NCBI GenBank assembly: GCA_029856435.1
Contig: JAHQXB010000060.1
Location: 1-19,914 of the forward strand
Source: Candidatus Jordarchaeia archaeon
Lineage (GTDB): Archaea > Asgardarchaeota > Jordiarchaeia > Jordiarchaeales > Jordiarchaeaceae
Reading direction: 5' to 3'
Length of the DNA stretch: 19,914 nucleotides
Each line of letters opens with the position of its first letter. The stretch's first letter is position 1. The translations under genes were made by a program, and so were the position numbers. The notes beneath the pieces were generated by a model. It was not told the DNA's origin. It did not search any database and saw only the letters and a list, made by a program, of their open reading frames with translations. Of this stretch, positions 16,993-19,914 are shown piece by piece.

Positions 16993-18186
16993 TTATCTCT
17001 TTATGCTTTCGAGTACAAATTGGAGAGTACTTTTCGCCGTCTGTCTTACGATATCGTCTTTGTCTTCATTGGCGAGTATTTCAATTTTGGGTAAAATGGT
17101 CTTCACAATTTGGGGCGAGTTTCCAGCTATCCATCCTAGAGACTTAACTGCATTTTTGCGAATTATTGCCTTTTTATCTTCCAAGACTTTTGTCAATTCG
17201 TTTACTATTTCTTCAATTAAAGGCTGTGTTTCTTTGGGATTGTTACCTATAATCCAGCCTATGCCAAGGACTGCTAATTCTTCTATATTTTCATTATCTG
17301 AATTTAGGAGCTGCTTTAGGTTGTTAAGGATGACATTGATTGTTTTAGGATTGCTGTTTCCTATATATCCCAGCGTTGTAACTGCATTCCAAATTGTTGG
17401 TTCATCTCCCTTCTTCACAACACTGGACATATTTGAAATAATTTCATTTACCAGTTCCACTTTTCTTTTAGTCAATAAGACTAAGGCCTCTGATGCACTA
17501 CCCTTAACAAGAGAGTCTGGATCCTTAACCGCCATAAAAGCAAGGTCAGATACAATACTTTCAATATTTTCAGGCTTCCCATAAGCTATGGAAACCAATG
17601 CTTCCATAGCATTAGATCTAACATAGTCGAGATCGTCATTTTTAGCCAATTTTATTAAAAGGGGAATGTATTTCTCAACTATTTCTGGATTAGAGTTTCC
17701 TATCCAGCCAATTGCCACCGCAGAAGCTGTTTTCATCATCACATTTTTAGAATCCAAATGTTTAACTAGGTCGGGGATCAGGCCTTCAATAAATTGGGGA
17801 TTGTTACTACCAATCCAGCCCAAAACCAATATGGTGTTCCACTTATAATCAATATCGGATTTTTCCAGTGACTCAAGTATTTTTGGCGTTAGTTTTTGGA
17901 ATTGTTCCGGAAAGCTCAAACTGAGAAGACCCAGAACTTCTGTTGCGTTGGCTCTAACATAGGTGGAGTTATCCGCTATAGCCAGATTGAGAATGTGTGG
18001 TAAAACTTTTTCTACCAGTTTTGGAAACTTTTCTGCAGATGTGTTAACAGCCCACAAAGCTGCGGTTCTAGTCTCTGAATCTTTATCATTAAATAAGGAG
18101 ATAAGTATATCAGATGCTTTTTCGATTCTGTTTTTTAATAAGAGATTTACTACAGTTTTGAATGTTTCTTCACTCAATTTCTTCAC
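16993..18186 (-). CDS. HEAT-repeat (alpha-solenoid) protein, about 10 repeats
   Basis: Roughly 38-40 aa periodicity with D..VR..A..ALG and recurrent LGWIG.(N/S)NP. Confidence 0.88.
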   Translation of the reverse strand: MKKLSEETFKTVVNLLLKNRIEKASDILISLFNDKDSETRTAALWAVNTSAEKFPKLVEKVLPHILNLAIADNSTYVRANATEVLGLLSLSFPEQFQKLTPKILESLEKSDIDYKWNTILVLGWIGSNNPQFIEGLIPDLVKHLDSKNVMMKTASAVAIGWIGNSNPEIVEKYIPLLIKLAKNDDLDYVRSNAMEALVSIAYGKPENIESIVSDLAFMAVKDPDSLVKGSASEALVLLTKRKVELVNEIISNMSSVVKKGDEPTIWNAVTTLGYIGNSNPKTINVILNNLKQLLNSDNENIEELAVLGIGWIIGNNPKETQPLIEEIVNELTKVLEDKKAIIRKNAVKSLGWIAGNSPQIVKTILPKIEILANEDKDDIVRQTAKSTLQFVLESIKR

Positions 18187-18543
18187 TTCTAGCCTTTTTT
18201 AAGGGAGCCTAAGACAATGTTTATGAGCCAGATATTAAGTTTATACTGAAAATTTTATATTATGAAAAGAAATTAATTTTTACCTTTTAACTTATTTGAT
18301 TCATTTAGATATTCCAAAATACCAATTTTAAATAGAGGACATGAAACTGTATCTGGTGAGGGTAGAAACATGTTTTCTTAATAATGCGAAGGTTTTAGCA
18401 ATAGTCAATAATTTTATGTAGTAAAGCTACATAAAATTTAAATAGCTAGTTACGTAAACTTAAGGTGATAACACCAGAAAATTGCTGAGTTTAAATACCA
18501 TAAAAAAGGAAGATTTTACGCCAGCATGATTTGAGGTGAGCAA

Positions 18544-18918
18544 ATGGCAACTTCAGCCGACTTAAAAGCAGAGGCCATCTACTTCAATAACGCCCTTGAA
18601 GAATTACAGTTCTCAAGCGGATTAGATATTATTATTACAGATATGGACGGAAACATTAAAGCCAGCAAATTAAAATATGGAAAAGTAGAGGGAATAGGAT
18701 CAATAATTCTGGAGAGCCTCGAAAAAAACAGGAAAATATCGGAAACCTTCTCTACAGATAAGATTGAAGAGTTTATAGTTCATGGGAAAAAAGGGTACAC
18801 AGTAGTAAAAATAACTGAATCCAATATTTTTGTTATCTCCGGACTGAAGGAACACCAGCTCGGCTTGGCATTGTATAAGCTGAGACAAATAGCTGATAAT
18901 GTATATACTTCCTTTTAA
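18544..18918 (+). CDS. divergent roadblock/LC7-domain protein
   Basis: IIITDMDGNIKAS...IEEFIVHGKKGYTVV...QLGLALYKLRQIA matches the roadblock layout; GAGGTG SD. Confidence 0.72.
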   Translation: MATSADLKAEAIYFNNALEELQFSSGLDIIITDMDGNIKASKLKYGKVEGIGSIILESLEKNRKISETFSTDKIEEFIVHGKKGYTVVKITESNIFVISGLKEHQLGLALYKLRQIADNVYTSF

Positions 18919-19050
18919 TGTATAGCCTTCAAGTTACCTAATTGATGTATTTTAACACAGTATAGCGAAGAATTAGCGCCTTTGCAGGCAGGATACTTCA
19001 AAGGGAAAATCTTTAGGGCTCTAAAAGAGGATACAAAAGTGGTGAATTTT

Positions 19051-19431
19051 TTAAATCTGTGTTAGAATTTCTTGAATTTTTTCGCTTGCCCTTCTCATTT
19101 CGAGGAGTACTAGACCCAAATTTGAGTCGGGGTTGGTTATTGCAGATAGTAGCGCTGAATCGCCTACTCCGCATATGACAACATCTCCCTTGGATCCGCT
19201 TATTATCACTTTGCTGAGCTCTCCTCTTTTTAACTCGTTAACTGTCCTATTTCCGATATTTAGAACTGCTGCACCCATGGCGCCAATAATTCCCTCATCG
19301 GAACCTTTGGGTAGTGATGAAGCTAGAACGAGGCCATCGTTTCGCACTATTGCAGAAGCGACAATTTGTGGATCAGCATGACTCATTTCCCTTAGAGTAG
19401 ATTCCAATTCCAAGCGCCACTTTTTGGACAA
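19051..19431 (-). CDS. roadblock/LC7-domain protein (MglB-like)
   Basis: ASAIVRNDGLVLASSLP, GAMGAAVL, GELSKVIISGSKG, NLGLVLLEMRRASEKI; TTG start 7 nt after GGAGG. Confidence 0.9.
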   Translation of the reverse strand: MSKKWRLELESTLREMSHADPQIVASAIVRNDGLVLASSLPKGSDEGIIGAMGAAVLNIGNRTVNELKRGELSKVIISGSKGDVVICGVGDSALLSAITNPDSNLGLVLLEMRRASEKIQEILTQI

Positions 19432-19504
19432 TAAAAATCCTCCAAAGGCTTCTGCTCGGGTTAAAATTTGGTATTCTCAAATTTAAAAAGTTTCCCTTAC
19501 TAGA

Positions 19505-19688
19505 GAACTTGTTAAAAAATTGTTGTTTTAGGGGTTCTGGTTGGCTTTTCCACCAGATGTAAACGGGTGATTCTGCAAATTCCACAGCAGAAATATATCA
19601 TAAAGGAAGGCTTTGCACCACACACCCCACCAACCCTTGAAGACATCGCAACCAAACCGCGAAAAAGACTTATTTTTTTAACAAGTTC
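19505..19688. mobile_element. 184-bp MITE (non-autonomous IS derivative)
   Basis: Perfect 15-bp terminal inverted repeats GAACTTGTTAAAAAA / TTTTTTAACAAGTTC, flanked by the identical 9-bp direct repeat CTTACTAGA (19496-19504 and 19689-19697). Confidence 0.9.
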
Positions 19689-19703
19689 CTTACTAGAACC
19701 GTT

Positions 19704-19737
19704 GGTGACTGTAGATTAGTCCGATTCTACCCCTTAT
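19704..19737 (-). repeat. dispersed motif copy 2
   Basis: Reverse complement ATAAGGGGTAGAATCGGACTAATCTACAGTCACC matches 10741-10773. Confidence 0.8.
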
Positions 19738-19739
19738 AT

Positions 19740-19914
19740 GGCTCTTGAAAAAGTTCTCTGTTTTGTGTGGGGGTTGTGGTTTAGGCTGGGTGGAGTGTTG
19801 GTGTTTGGGGATGTGTGGGGGACATTCTCCCAGTCTGTGTGGTTTTCAGTTCTGCGGCTACCCTTCTCTTTATGTTTATGGCGGTGGCTGTGAGGAGCTG
19901 CTGGGATTCCACCT
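19740..19914 (-). mobile_element. right end of an IS1182-like insertion sequence (continues beyond the window)
   Basis: Transposase-like C-terminus followed by ACTTTTTCAAGAGCC, resembling the ..TTTTTCAACAG.. right ends I recall for IS1182 elements. Exact end is uncertain by 1-2 bp. Confidence 0.65.
19781..19912 (-). CDS. C-terminal fragment of a DDE transposase (IS1182/IS5-like), truncated by the window edge
   Basis: VESQQLLTATAINIKRR matches the KV..Q.LLTA.A.NLKR terminal helix of this family; stop TAA at 19783-19781. Absent from the supplied ORF track. Confidence 0.7.
   Translation of the reverse strand: MESQQLLTATAINIKRRVAAELKTTQTGRMSPTHPQTPTLHPA

Noticed and set aside
472-19381. Numerous antisense or overlapping ORFs in the track (e.g. 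472-852, 2364-2678, 4347-4991, 7047-7535, 8634-9062, 13443-13853, 17003-17584, 19133-19381)
   Set aside because: They shadow well-supported genes on the other strand or frame, lack SD sequences and motifs, and have reverse-complement-type composition.
19373-19585. 70-aa minus-strand ORF
   Set aside because: It spans the MITE end and the roadblock promoter, so it is a by-product of the insertion.
10741-19737. The two motif copies as CRISPR repeats or as inverted ends of a 9-kb composite transposon
   Set aside because: There is no array or cas gene; the enclosed DNA is housekeeping (purB), the GGTGA ends would face outward, and no target duplication is seen.

Overview
This is an AT-rich archaeal chromosomal window with TATA-like boxes, GGAGG/GGTG ribosome-binding sites and T-tract terminators. 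It is most likely from an Asgard archaeon, inferred from a gelsolin-like protein, two roadblock/LC7 proteins and a TAT-less reductive dehalogenase. Left end: small, tightly overlapping orphan ORFs and a winged-helix gene. 1.4-10.3 kb: a mostly minus-strand metabolic run (small membrane protein, rdhA-like dehalogenase, GNAT, LarA-family racemase, iorA, CoA-type Nudix, iorB), with iorA and iorB separated by an opposite-strand RNA m5C-methyltransferase/PUA-domain pair. Middle: a CCG-domain Fe-S protein, purB and a class-V aminotransferase. Right: a Zn-ribbon/wHTH protein, then a cluster of eukaryote-like folds (GOLD-like membrane protein ending in KKxx, gelsolin-like protein, HEAT solenoid, two convergent roadblocks). 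The window ends with an unannotated 184-bp MITE (15-bp TIRs, 9-bp target duplication) and the 3' end of an IS1182-like element. The strongest sequence-level discovery is a 34-bp dyad motif present twice at almost the same distance from a TATA box and start codon; the MITE has displaced one copy from its promoter. All family assignments come from motif recognition by eye, not database searches.
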